A stretch of 64,000 bases of DNA from the human T2T-CHM13v2.0 reference genome, Homo sapiens. The number at the start of each line of letters is the position of its first letter. Position 1 is the first letter of the stretch. This document shows positions 12,790-27,247 of the stretch, piece after piece. The stretch covers positions 40,256,001 to 40,320,000 of the forward strand of contig CP068257.2 in the NCBI GenBank assembly GCA_009914755.4. The letters are read 5' to 3'. The position numbers and the translations under genes are program-made. The notes under the pieces are model-generated. The model was not told the origin of the DNA. It did not search any database and worked only from the letters and a program-made list of their open reading frames with translations.

Positions 12790-14120
12790 CCCCTGCGTGA
12801 ACACCTCCCCTCTAGCAGGACGCTGCGCGTGGCCCCCGTCCCCACCTGTCCACGCGAGGCGGGCCTCACCTGAGCGGCCGGGCACGCCCCGTCCCCGAAC
12901 GGCCACCCACCCCGGGTAGGCACGCGTCACCTGTCCATCCACCTCGCTACCTTCTCTCTGCCACCAAAAGGCTTACGAAAATAAGGCGCAGGGGGTCTGG
13001 GAGACCCCATCACCAGGACTCAGCTTCTCTAAACGCGGGGTTGGGGGTCCAGGGACCCCCCCGTGCGACCCGCATGGGCTGTACCCGAGGGCGGGGGATA
13101 ACGACATCCCCTGGGGCCTCGGCGACGACGCCGCCCGGCGGCGGGGGCCGCGGGGCCGCGGGCCGGGGGCGGCGAAGACCCTGCGCCGCGCCCACGGGCG
13201 AGCGCGGCCCGGCAGCCCCGCGGCCCCGCGCTGGGCCTGGCCGCGGGCGGGCGGGGGGCGCGAGGCAGGGGACGGGGGCGCGGAGCCCGGCCAGGAGCGC
13301 CCGCGGCGGCGGGACCCGGCGGGCGGGCGGCGCGCAGGGCGATCCCGGAGCGGCTCCGGGAAATCCAGCCGGGTTTTGACTCCGATCGCCAACGGTGCCC
13401 GCAGCCGGCGAATGTAACAAAGAACAGTCGGCATGGCGGCTGGACCGGGGCGGCGCGCGGCTGCCGGGCGCGGGGGGCGGGGGGCAGCGGGCCCAGGGCG
13501 CGCCGGGGCTCGCGGGGGCAGCGGGTGCGGCCCGGGGCCGGCGGGGCGCACGCCGGGGCGGGCGCCGGGCGCAGGGCCCGGAGCTTTACCTGCCTTTGGA
13601 ATGTGCAGAGCGGGATCGGATCCGGACTCCGGGTTGCGATCCGCTCCGGAAACTGCGCAGCACCGGAAGCCGGGGGGCGGCGGCGGGGCATGGCGGGACT
13701 TGTAGTCCGCGGGCGGGCGCGGGGGGCGCAGGCGAGACCCTGGCGCGGCCGGGGGTCCTGCGGGTGGGACTGCGGGGCGCGGGCGGCGTGGACGAGGCAG
13801 CGGGCGCGCGCGGGGCGGGTCTGGCCGGAGGGAATTCCGCGCGCGGCCCCCCTCCCACGTGGCACGGCCCTGCCGCCCACGCGCGCGGGCAGCTCCCTCT
13901 CCACCTCTCCTCGGACGCGTTTCTTGCGGAGTTGGGGAGTGGTGGCGGTGGGTGGGTCGAGTTTTTCTCTAGAACAGGCCTGGGACTTGCCCCCACTCAC
14001 GGTGACCTCTGGATTTGGCCGGCGGGGCCCTGGGACACGAGCTCTGTGCCCGCGAGGGGAGTCTGGCCTGGCGGGCTCCGCCACGCTACCGGTGAGCACC
14101 GGGCCAGCCGCGGACCTGGC
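12790..14120. promoter_or_regulatory. CpG island / TATA-less promoter region, possibly bidirectional
   Basis: Contains an ETS site CCGGAAG at 13663-13669 and an E-box CACGTG at 13856-13861. There is no TATA box. ~1.3 kb at ~80% GC with dense CpG and many GGGCGG/CCGCCC GC boxes. Consensus 5' splice donors leave the island on both strands: minus CAG|GTAAAG at 13590, CTCAG|GTGAGG at 12870, GGACAG|GTGACG at 12931; plus CCG|GTGAGC at 14092. Confidence 0.85.
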
Positions 14121-14563
14121 TCTCCATTCTTCCCCGGGGGCCTGTGTGGCCTCTCTTGACCCCCTCCACCAAGTGTGTGTGCCATCACAAAACGTGAGAC
14201 GGAGAAGGGACAGACTTTTCACCTTAGTCCTGGCCGCCCATATTCAGAGAGGCCGACTGTCTTGTTCATTGCTGCCTGGCAAAAACCTACATTCATAAAG
14301 AGAAGTGATGAACCGGGGAAAATGATTTTAAATTGATGCCACAAAAGGGCTCGTTTCCCTCATGTACGTGAAACTCTTGTGAACCAATAAAAATATATAT
14401 GTATATAGAAAAATGAGCAAAGTGTGTGGATGGACAGTTCGTAGGAAATTCAATGGTTCTTAAGCATATGAGAAGCTATTCAACTACGCTGCAATAAGAG
14501 AAAAAAAGTCGCAGTGGGATCATTTTTATTAGATTAGCAAAGATTTTTTAAAACGTTTAATAC

Positions 14564-14772
14564 AGCCTGGGCAACATAGCCAGACCTTGTCTCTAAAAAA
14601 CTTAGCTGGGCTCGGTGGCACGTGCCCGTAGTCTCAGCTACTCAGGAGGCTGAGGCAGGAGGGTCACTTGAGTCCCACAGTTTGAGGCTGCAGTGAGCTG
14701 TGATCGTGTCACTGCACTCCAGCCTGGGCAACAGAGTGAGACCCTGTCTCAAACAAAAACAAACAAAAAAAA
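14564..14772 (+). mobile_element. 5'-truncated Alu (end of left monomer + right monomer), plus orientation
   Basis: cagcctgggcaacatagccagaccttgtctctaaaaaacttagctgggctcggtggcacgtgcccgtagtctcagctactcaggaggctgaggcaggag ... ccagcctgggcaacagagtgagaccctgtctc + A-rich tail. Confidence 0.9.
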
Positions 14773-16860
14773 GTTTTAATAGCATAATTTTGAAGAAACT
14801 AGAGAAACAAGCTCCTTTACGGGTAGGAGAATAAATTAGCGTAGTTTCCATTCAGATATTTGTGGATATCCATAAAAATTCTAAATGCACATAGCCTTTG
14901 ACCCACATGCAGGAATGGTGCCAGAGACGGACTCGCTTGTATGAATATGTGATCATCACATTTGCTTACATACTACGTGCCATCCCATGGGAAGTGTTGG
15001 ATGCACCTGGGCACATCCATAGGCTGCAACGCCGGGCAGCCGGAGACAGATTAGGCAAGTGTTGATCTGTGAAGGCTGGTTTCTCTGCCTGGCCCAGCAT
15101 TCTACAGTGGCTTCCATGTTGCACTATAGTAGGCCATCCCATGGCCCCCCAGACCTTTCTGGAGCATCCCCGGCGTCCACTGTCTCCCTGCTTGTCCCCA
15201 CCTGCGACTTCATGCCTCCCTCCAGCCTCCTGTCCCTGAAGCCTGTTCCCAAGGCCTTCTGTACTCTATCTTCAAACACTTCCCAGGTTTTCCACAACCT
15301 TCTCTGTATTCAGGTCTCCGCCCAACCCCACTCCCACCACCACCACTACAGCTAATGGACATTCCCTCTATACACGCACCTCCAGTGACATCACTCACAG
15401 TTCCAAAATGGCCAGATGACTGGTTCTGTGGGCCTCAGGACATGAAACAGTCCTCGGCATATGTGAATAAAAGGTTGTTTACACTAAAAAAGTGACAGGT
15501 CCACAGCAAGTGCGAATAACTGAAAGTAAACCAAAGACTTCAACCTCCCCCAGGCCATTTCTCCTATTACTACATACAGCCCACGGCTGGAATTCACTTA
15601 CACAATAATCGTCATATCTCGTCTTCAAGAGGATTGTCAATGTGTCCACTATAATCCTTCAGAACAATCTAGAAATAATACCTCTTAAGGCAGATTCATC
15701 TCCAAAATGTTAAAAGAAAAAAAAAAGTTTTATCTTAAAGTGTCAAATTTTCATTATTAACAATTAATGCAATATACAACTTTGAAAAATGGGCAGAAAG
15801 AAAGAAAAAACAACTATAAAGGTTGTTATTGAGGAAAATGGAAAATCTGAACGTGAACAGTGATACCGGATAATAGTATTGGATCAATGTTAAATTTCCC
15901 AAGGGTGATCATTGTATTGAAAGTATGGTAGCCCGTGCCATTCATTGTTCTCACCAAATTGTTCTGAAGGATTTAGGGTGAAATATTGTGATATCTGCAA
16001 ACGTGACAGAGACCGAGAGAGAGCAGATGTGGCAAAACTGGTGAATCTAGGTGAAGGCTATATGGGTTGTTCCGTAGGTTTGAAATTAAAAATAAATGAG
16101 TTGAAAATTTAAAAAACAACAGACAAGAGCTTCCATGGCTATCAGTGAATTTCCTTGTGAACACTTAATTCTTCCTGAAAGATACTAGATGGGATTAAGA
16201 TGTAATTAATCACTGAGGGCTATGCCCGCAGCCCTGTGGACCGCCCGCCCGCCCGCCTTAGATCAGTACTTTTCCAATTAGCACGTCTCCTGGGCTCTGG
16301 TTTTGTTATAATTCAAATACAAACCTACTGCTGTGCAAAGCATGATAGACATCCTCAACCACCTCTCCAGCCACCTCCAGCTTTTAAGAAAAAAAAAATT
16401 GGCTAATTTTTCTCATAAAGAGGGAAGTCTGATCATCAGCGAATAAGTTAATTCCTACTAAATATGAAACATTGACTCTCACTTCATGTTATTCTCACCC
16501 AAAACAGGCAGCATTAAAGTTCAAAAAAGACCATATATCCTTGAAGAGTAACTGCTGAACTTATTCACTGGCAGTGGGCCTTATAGCACAGTGAATGACC
16601 AGGTTAGAGACATGCTTCACATTTGCTTACATACCCACAAATTAGGGGATGATGTATCTGGACTGTCTAGTAGAACTTTATCATAGGAGTATGTAGATTT
16701 TCCATGGAGTGCTGTTGTGTGACTTGAATTTTAGTCTTGGCCCTGCCTCTGACTTCCTCAGTGATTTATCCTGGTTCCAGGGAAGGAGACCAGCCTTTTC
16801 CTCATGCTAGTCTTTGGTGGTTTTTAAACATTTGTTTAACTCAACAAATGAAATGTATCA

Positions 16861-17220
<360 letters not shown>

Positions 17221-17324
17221 CATATAGGACCATAGTCCTTAATCTCTCCAATCGACACAGGCAGAGCCAGAGACTCACGGCTGTGAGCAGAGGTTCTCCA
17301 GGCAAACAGCCAGTGCTCAAATTC

Positions 17325-17831
<507 letters not shown>

Positions 17832-20800
17832 TAAAAGCTATGCTTGCTACCGAGCTAGACTATAAATTAATACATCCCCTGGGCTTAGTCCAGTGCTTCA
17901 CCTGGTACAGCAATGATGATCACCAGCTGATAACCCTTCTATTAAGGTGCCCAACGTACCTGCACGTCCAACTTTATAAATATCGATGACATTAATATAG
18001 ACCTATAAATACATAGGCAACTAGTTTTGAATGCCTGTTACAGCAGGGCGTGACTCGCAGTTTCCACTGTGGACAGTCACAGTGTGGAGCTGGGGAAGGC
18101 CAGTGGAGGAAAGCTGTTTCTAGGTCATGATTGGGAAGGAGGGCCTGGCCTTGGCAGCTTTCTCTCTAGGGGGATCACTGTGCTATGTCAGCCATCCTGG
18201 TGTCTAGCCCCCTTTGGTGAGTGATCTGCATTTTAAAAATAAACTTTATTGACATATACACACATCACCCTGTCTTTGTAGGGGTGCTAAGGTCAAAACA
18301 GCATGTGGTCATCCCCTCCAGTGTCCTGCTCAGTCCCCAGCACCAGGTCCTGGGTGATGGAGGGTGAGGTGGGTGGAAGCAAAGCTGCTGTCTGTGCTCA
18401 CGTAAGGGTCATCAGCTGACCTTTGTCCTTGCTCTGCTAGGTGGGCAGTGACTGTACGAAGCCCCGGGGGATACAGGAAATGAGAGCAATGCAGGACAGT
18501 GAAGCCTGAGAGCCGGAGGCCTGGACCGTGCCGCTGCAAGCACGCCAATTCCGCAGCCTGCAGAGAAGCTCCTTCGTGGGGAAGGCAGGGCTTGAGTTGG
18601 GTTAGACCATTCGAAGAGTGAGTGTGAACTGCTGGGCACGAGGATGCACACTCCAGAATGACCGAGGGTGGTTGAGTTGGATTAATTTGGGCAGTGGAGA
18701 CGCATTGGCAAACAGTGCTCATCTGGAGGTGATCAGCTTAGGAAAGTTGGTAAATTAGGACAAGCTTGGCCTCCAGCAACTCAATCCAGCCTCCTCCTGG
18801 AGCATCAGCACAAAGTGGGTCCCTCTGGCCACACAGAGGAAGCAACAGTTCAATCACTGGGTCCTGAACCACTTCTAACTCCAAACAAGAGGCACTGCCA
18901 TCACCACCTTGTGGTGCCCAGGAAATGGAGCAGAAAACCTGGAACCCAGCTGGGAAGCATCGGGCTCCCTCTAAGGGTCTACACGGTGTCTAGCGAGCGG
19001 GCGGGACAGCTGAGAGGAGGGGTGGGCAGTGTGGGGACAGGAGGCTGGGCCTGTCCAGTAGCTTTCTCCAGGACACCAGCTCTCCACGTGCTCTGCTGTC
19101 TGGGCACCGCAGGGGGAATGAAGACTGAGGGAGACCACGGGAACTGATGACTAGAAAGAAGGCACGATGCCTGCATGGGGCCCGCAGGACACGTCTGTGA
19201 CCCGACTCGACCGCCTCCCTCCCAGAACCACCGTGAGCCCCAGGCAAGTGCCGACGCTGTTCCACCTGTGGCTGAGCCAGGTACCTGTCCCCTCTGCATG
19301 CACCCGGGCCACCCACCGGGGTGGGGAATGGACAGTGAAGTCCAAGGATGACCTGATGAAAGGGGCGCTCAGAGAAGACCCTGGGACTTCCAGGACAGAA
19401 CAGGACTCGGGAAAAACAACTCAGTGTAGTGTTCTGTGTGCACATTTATTTCTTTCAAAGATTGTTTGTGTTCCAGCCACATCTTCTCCAAAGGAACCCA
19501 CCCAAGCCCGTGTGCAGGCTTGCTGCAGGGCTGTCTTCGGCGTTTAAAGTGCTACTGAGGAATACAATCATTGTCACGTAAGTTCATCACCGCACTCCAG
19601 CGTCAGGCCAAACCTTTCCGTGGACCTGGAAAACCTGCCATTTTCTTCTCTTTTTACAATGCAGTTTCAACATAACATTGGTAGAGTAAACAACAAACCA
19701 CAAGCCTAAATGATGAATGGTGCGCTGCTGCCCAGCTGCTAACTGAGAGAACGAGGCAGTGTATTGTGTTTCGAATGCAAACGGTCATGGACCCAAGTTA
19801 ACCTGAGTTTGCTCTGCAGGATTCCGCGGGGGCCTTGCCCTGTGCAGGCTGCTTTGGTCTTCGTGTCTAGGCCGGTTTGGGGCAGTGGGGAGAGGGCCTG
19901 GCAGCAGGGTTTACGCCAGCCCCGAGGTCTGTTTTCCGTCAGACAGAGATACGTGTCCTGCCTTCCACCATCCACCAATTTGTACTCTGAAGTTTCCAGA
20001 TCAAGAGCCGTGAGATTACTACCCAGGAAACACCTGCCTTCGGTGGCCAGCAGTGTAAATTAATCTTTCCCTCTCTGCTCAAAGCAACTTTGCAACTCTC
20101 GTCTATAGAGGTGGCCAGTAAAACCCAAGCAAAAATCTAAACAGGCACCAGGTGGCCACTGAGTGGCGACTGGTCGAGTAGCAGTTGGTCATAAGGGATC
20201 AGGGCTGGTTTTGAACTCAGACTTGAAACTTGACGAAAATAAAGTGCTCTGTCAAAACTCTCACAGCAGGTTTTCAGCTGGAACAAGGAGATGGCTACTT
20301 TTTGTTATTGCTACAATAACACACGCGTGTGTGCAAACACACATAACACACACACACACTTAAAGCTCCATTTCACTCCTCCACAAAGAACAGAGGCACC
20401 TCCTTAAACAAAGCAAACGGGGAAGGGTTGCAAGCTCATTAAAACCAACATGAGCACCCAGTTCCAGAGATACAGACACAATTAATCTTAGTGTTCATGA
20501 GGAATTGTTTTTAAAACACAACTGGGCAAAACTTTCATCCAGACAAAAGCCAAAAACAAAAGCCCTCAAGCCACAAAAGCTTGTAGAAGAGGTGAGGCGA
20601 TAAAGGTGATTTACACATCAGTATTTTTAGCATTTGGTGGATAATCTTAATTTATCTTTAACCTTCACAACATTTACTTTGTCATAAATACCCTACACCA
20701 TGAAAAAACAAACCTGTATAAAACAGCTTGGAAAACAAACATTCACAGTATCAATACAGCCCATTTCTCACGGTGCTACCCTGAAGCTAGCCGACGTGTT

Positions 20801-21003
20801 GCCTTTGCCTTTGCTTCATAAACTCCCTCCCATGTTGGTGTTTTCTGTAACTTCAGAAAAGGCCATTGGATGGAGACAACGTGTGCGTGTCTACAGGAAG
20901 CAGAGCCCTAGACCTTGGTATTCAACAGTAAGCAGCGCTCATGGGATTCATCTGGAAATGGAATAGTTAAAACCTTTTTTTTTTTTGAGAGCAAGAAGGC
21001 TTA

Positions 21004-21292
<289 letters not shown>

Positions 21293-21756
21293 AATTTTTT
21301 AAATAAAAAAAAACTTCTGATATCCTTGCACTTGAATAGAGTGCACCTGAATTCCAAAATCAAATAAAAAAGAACAATTAAAAACTTCTCATCAGTGTCT
21401 GAAATTCTGACACATAATATCCTCTTGGAATTCTTAAATATGTCTCAGCCTCTTTTTACCACATGGCAAAGAGCAGTAAAACTTCAAGTAAAACATTAAA
21501 GTGAACATCTGTCCCATCTGTCCCAAAAGACTAGCAGTGATGCCTGACTTTGGGGACAGAAACTTGGTAGTATTCACATGTTTTGAAACTCCAGGTGCTT
21601 TTTTTACAATGATTAAAACTGGAATATAATTTTTAAAAACAAAGCAGGTTGGAAAAGTCATTTTAAAGTCACTTGATAATTCCTGGAACACCTAAGAAGT
21701 TTGTAATGCGCATTTTAAAGTGAAATTCCTAATGTCGTTTTCTAATCTCTCTCTCT

Positions 21757-22000
21757 AAAAAAGAAGAAAAAAAAATCCTATAATTTTGGTTTTTATACAG
21801 GTTTTTACTAAAAAAGAAAAAAATCCTATAATTTTGGTTTTCATATAGGTTTTTACTAAAAAAGAAAAAATCCTATAATTTTGGTTTTTATATAGGTTTT
21901 TACTAAAAAAGAAAAAAATCCTATAATTTTGGTTTTGATACAGGTTTTTACTAAAAAAGAAAAAATCCTATAATTTTGGTTTTTATATAGGTTTTTACTC
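21757..22000. repeat. AT-rich minisatellite, 47-48-bp unit x 5 copies
   Basis: unit tactaaaaaagaaaaaaatcctataattttggtttttatataggttttt; atccta recurs at 21775, 21823, 21870, 21917, 21965; copies differ by single-base changes (tatac/catat/gatac) and A-run length. Confidence 0.95.
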
Positions 22001-23437
22001 ACCAGTGGCTCTATTACCCCCGAAATATTTAATGTTTAAGGATTAACAAGAGGCTACGGAAGGAAGCTTGCCCATTTCCGTCTCCATGACAGAAGCCAAG
22101 CTTTCGTAACAGCCTTTTACATGTCTTTGGAGAAAAGTGAATCATATTAAACTGTCAAGAACACTTCACCCCAATGATGACTGCTCTTTGACCAGCATGT
22201 CTACTGGAAGTGGCACATTCAGAAGTGAGATCTGTGAATGAACTGAAATAGAAAGGCAACTGATGAGGAAAGCGACTGGAATGATATTAGGGATATTCAA
22301 ATGGTGTGCCAGGTTTGTGATGTTTTCCACCAAAACAAACCCAAACAAGGGCACCCCAACCTGTGTCCAAGAGGACTGTTCACAGCAAAATTCTGAAGCG
22401 CTCATAGAAGGAATGTCCTGCGAGTTTGGCCCATTTGTTATTAAACTTCCATTCCTAAGACTGACACCTGAGACACAAAATAATTTCCTCTATTGCCCTA
22501 AAAAGACTTTGTTTTGGCTACTGGCAGCACTTGGCAAAATCCATGTATGTGTTTGGTTACTGTGTTCTACGAGCGGTCACGTATGGCTCCTGACTTCATC
22601 TGACAGGCCCGCTGTGCTCTTGTTTAGCAAGTATGACAGGCAGGAAAAAAAACCCTGGATGTCAACTGCTCCACTAGCATTATTAGAGCTTTTAACACGA
22701 TAGAGAAAAATGTAAAAACCATGTGAGAATATATATATCTTCCACTTGCAAGTAGGCTCAAAGTAAACTTAGAAAAGTGTTCTGCATACTATGCATAGGA
22801 TATAGTTAGTGTTCAAGTTCTATGGCTAATATCAAAGGTAGATGACTTCCTACATCTGTCGTAGCGTCTCCATTCTTATCAAAATTTCTCTATTAATCCA
22901 AAATCCTGCCTATGTTCCACTTCCCTGTACTCAGGGCCAGCTGCATTTTTTATTCCAAGCAGCAGATGAAGAGAGGTGACCCATCCTTTCCATTCACAGT
23001 GACAGCACAGGGGGGCACCTCCTTTTTGTGACATGGTCCAGGCATGGACCCAAAACAACACTTGTTAGTGTAGAATAGGTAAACTAAGTCCCTCAAACCT
23101 GCCCTCCACAATCTATTAGAGCATATTATTTCACTTATAATGTTAATCTCCTTCTAATATTGAACCCTAACCCTTAGCTATGAGCACAGCCCAAGCTCTG
23201 CAGCTGTCAAGTCTCATTTAGCATCTGGTGGCAAGTTGGGCTTTTTTGTCCTCTCTGGGAGAAGCCTCCTGGCTGGAGACTCAGATTTTGTTTTCCCTTT
23301 AAATGACGAGATGGTTGGAAGAAACCCAGCAAGACAAGCGGGGCATCTGGACATCCGGCGGACACACTGGCTGCGTCCTGGTGAGGGTAGTTAACGTGGG
23401 TGCACGTCTTCTGGCTTGGAGGTGATGACCTCAGGCC

Positions 23438-23791
<354 letters not shown>

Positions 23792-23942
23792 TCACTACCT
23801 GCATGAGAAAAACAACTGGAATCTGGCTTGTACAAAACGAGAGTTTTCAAGATGAAAAGGAAACGAGATTATAACAGTAGAAGCAGTAAGCCTGAACTAT
23901 CGCTTGATATCCCTTTCTAAGGCCGATATTTATATTCCTGAA

Positions 23943-24256
23943 TTTTTTTTCTTTTTTTTTTTGAGACAGAGTCTTGCTGTCTGTCGCCCAGGCTGGACTG
24001 CAGTGGCGCGATCTTGGCTCACTGCAACCTCCACCTCCAGGTTCAAGCGATTCTCCTGCCTCAGCCTCCCAAATAGCTGGGATTACAGGTGTGTGCCACC
24101 ATGCCTAGCTAATTTTTTTGTATTTCTAGTAGAGACAGGGTTTCACCATGTTGGTCAGGCTGGTCTCGAACTCCTGACCTCAGGTGATCCACCCCTCCCT
24201 CAGCCTCCCAAAGTGCTGGGAGCTGGGATTACAGGCATGAGCCACCACACCTGGCT
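23943..24256 (-). mobile_element. Alu SINE, full length, minus orientation
   Basis: T-rich head, gagacagagtcttgctgtctgtcgcccaggctggactgcagtggcgcgatcttggctcactgcaacctccacctcc ... gggattacaggcatgagccaccacacctggct (with small internal gctgggagctggg duplication). Confidence 0.93.
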
Positions 24257-27247
24257 TATATCCCTGATTTTCTATCAGACCAAATGGAGGCAGACAGCTA
24301 TTGCCTCGGTTGGGATACCTGGGTCCCCTCTGTGCCACCCACTTCCCCTCATTAGGAAGGGTGTAGCTGGCAAAGCAGTACTATGTCCCAGAAAGGATGG
24401 TCACACTCATAAAACCCAATTAAGACCCTGAGAACAATGGTATTCACTTTCTTAGGAATGTTAAATAATATTTGCTCTTTTGGGAATAAGATTTTATTAA
24501 AAAATAATTCCAGATCCTATCATATTAGGCTATGCCATCTGAAGTTTGTTACTTGGGCATATTTGGCCTACAAAACGTCAATTTTGTGTGGTTCGATGTA
24601 TCTGCTTACAGATAGATACAGATCTCTATATACAGATATTTACCTGGCTATAGATATCCATCAGGTAGTAGAATATGGAATAGAAAAAAATTAGCAGCAG
24701 CAGCAACAATAATTTCAACAGCAATGATTCCTTAAAGATCAAGTACAAGCTAATGTAGTGGGTGCAAGAGCCCACTAATTTGCTTTTTCACAGATTAGTT
24801 TAACATCCTATTAACCAAGGCTGGCAAGGTCGAGGGAGTAAGCATTTCAGGCCAGCCTGTGAAATTCATTACCGCTGGCATGTAGGTGGTAATGACTTTG
24901 AAAGAAGACAGGTCTGATCATCATGAAGAGGAGCTTTATACCTAATGTGATAATTTATTCCCTTTGTGATAGGCATATCCAATAAACATTTCAATAGCCA
25001 TGACATATGCAAATCGCCACCCATGTTGAGGAGGTTGAAGGAGGGCACGAAGAATATCAATTCCCTCTTCTAAATGAAATGCACACCAACAATTGTGGCA
25101 TCTGAGGGCAGTCGGAGAAACCTGACCTAGACCTGCCTATGAATCTTTGTATAATCAAAGCCTACTATGGGGAAAGAAGCATGTGCCCCTGAGCCTGACT
25201 TCAAGCAGGAACTACTGTGTCCCATCTGCTCTGCCCAGGTTACAGGACAGAAACTGAGAAGATGAAAGGCCGCAATGGACTGAATTTAATTTGATCAAAG
25301 CGGCCATAATTTTTTAAAAACTTGACTCTCTCAACACAACCAAATCACTTTTTATGACGTGTCATTTGGACATTTTTTACAGTGATCTAAAGTTAGGAGC
25401 CTGTGTGCAGGGGCTTCGGGGACTGCTGGAAAAGGAATGAAAAAGGCGGGTAAGTAGTATCAACGTGTAAATGATGTCCCTGTTGTCCACAGGCCTAATG
25501 GCACACCTGTGGGACATCAGTGTCAGTTCCTGGAGTGAGTCACGTCCCTGAAAAATACAGCACATCGTGAAAAACCAGCCATCAGCAGGGTGTGTTCTGA
25601 CAGGTGGATAATGACCCCCAACTGGACATGACTTTGGAGTTTGGCCAGTGGGGCAGATACAGTGGTGCTGATGTGGCTAACTGCCTGGTGTATCAGAGGG
25701 CACCTGCTGGGGAAATGCCCTGGGCATGGTGATAGGGGCTCCCAGGCAGAGGAACCCCCAGCTGTCAGGGGGCTCTGAGCTGACCAGGTGACCTGAGGCT
25801 GGGGGATGAGGGGGACCTCAGTGGTGTTTCTGATCTATAGGCACCTGCACCTGCCTTGAAGCTCTGCTTTAGGCTGATCTTGGAGGCCCTGAAGGGCCTA
25901 TGGACAAGGGCTCCCAGGTGGAACAGGGGAGAGGAAGGGGTGGATCCATCAGCTTCACCTGGACTGCTCCAACGTCACCCCCTTCACTTCTAGGGGAAAT
26001 GGAGGCCTAGGGGGAGGGAACGCCAACCCACCCCCTGGGGTCAACCACAGACCCAAGGACTCAGAACCCCCAGCAGTGAGAGGTTCCCTCCTGCTCCACC
26101 TCCAAAGTCCATTTCATAGGCGTCCCTGCACTGAAGCTGGCCTGGCGTCTGTATCCAGGCCTGAGGTATGAGCAGGGACAATGTTATGGGCTGAACTTGG
26201 CTCCCCCACCCCCACCCAAATTCATATGTTACAGTCCTAATCCCCAGTACTTCACAGAATGTGACCTTATTTGGAGATGGGGTCCTTGCAGAAGTCATCA
26301 ACTTAAAATTAGATCATTGGGGTGGCCCGTGATCCAATATGCCTGCTGTCCTTATCAAAAGGGGAAATTTAGACACAGAGACAGACACGCAAGGGAAGAC
26401 ATTGTGAAGGGTCACAGGAAGGATGCCACGTGAAGATGAAGGCAGAGCACAGGGTGATGCTTCTACAAGCCAAGGAACACCAAAGGTTGTCAGCAGCTGT
26501 CAGGAGCTGGAGAGGCGGGAGCAGGCTCTCCCACAGGGCCTCAGAAAGGGTGGCCCTGCTAGCACCAGCAGCTCAGACTTCCAGCCTCCAGAACAGGGAA
26601 AGAATTGGCTCCTGGTGTTGCAAACACCCAGTTTGTGGTACTTTGATACAGCCCTGGGAGGGGAGGGGGCGCATTTGGCTTAAGGATCCAGGAACGTCCA
26701 CCATGTCTTCCTGTTCAGTCCTTAGAACCCAGGCAGCAACATGGAGGAGTGGAGGCGGAGAGGACAGTGAAGCAGCATCCTCAGCCCCGAGCCCTCCAAA
26801 CAACAGGCCTCTAAGGACAACAGGCGTGCAGGCCCTTCCTGGAGAATCTGGCAGGATGGGGGTCCGGGGACACTGGGCATGAGCATTTTTAAAAGTTCCC
26901 AGGTCTTTTGAACATGCAGCTGGGGTTATCCACTGCTAGCCCGGGTCTGGCCAAAATGCCACTAGTGCTTAGAGCACCCGGAGGCCACAGCCGACAACGC
27001 AGGAGCAGGCCAGGGCCAAGGACACAGGCACCATACCTGCTCTCCTGCATGTCGCTGCTCATGCTCCTTCGCACTTCACTCTGGGGGCCGGCAGACCACA
27101 GGGCTATGTGGGTAGAAGCTGACGCAGCCCACCCGCAGGGCCCGGCGCCACGCCAGAGACGCGCGGTGTGCCCAGGTTAAGAGGGAAATGGGTGTGGAGA
27201 CAGGCAAGGCACGGCTGTGTTCAAAAGACCTTAGAACAGGTACAGGA

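Noticed and set aside
13029-14222. Very long ORFs inside the CpG island (397 aa on minus; 254-257 aa on plus; several overlapping in all frames), extremely Arg/Gly/Ala/Pro-rich
   Set aside because: At ~80% GC stop codons (TAA/TAG/TGA) are rare in every frame, so long ORFs overlapping on both strands are expected by chance. The translations are pure low-complexity (RGPRR…, GAGGGG…) with no domain-like pattern. In a eukaryotic promoter island such ORFs are not genes.
16220-16262. GC-rich stretch gccctgtggaccgcccgcccgcccgcc examined as possible small RNA / tRNA-like element
   Set aside because: No cloverleaf, A/B box or snoRNA box C/D or H/ACA arrangement could be recognised. It is just a short (CCCG)n-like run.
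21757-22000. Regular ~48-bp tandem array considered as a possible CRISPR array
   Set aside because: Units are contiguous, with no unique spacers between constant repeats, and are AT-rich and non-palindromic. The context is primate DNA with no cas genes. It is a minisatellite.
22263-22703. 146-aa plus-strand ORF in unique sequence
   Set aside because: Amino-acid composition and lack of splice/Kozak/poly(A) context give no support. It lies in what would be the 3' UTR/downstream region of the proposed minus-strand terminal exon and is probably a chance ORF in moderately AT-rich DNA.
25377-25565. Minus-strand 41-nt segment gtgctgtatttttcag|GGACGTGACTCACTCCAGGAACTGACACTGATGTCCCACAG|gtgtgcc with good splice signals
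   Set aside because: Its phase does not link the neighbouring candidate exons (29.5 kb to the 23.5-kb terminal exon), it is very short and there is no supporting ORF context. Kept as a note only; it would need RNA-seq to revive.
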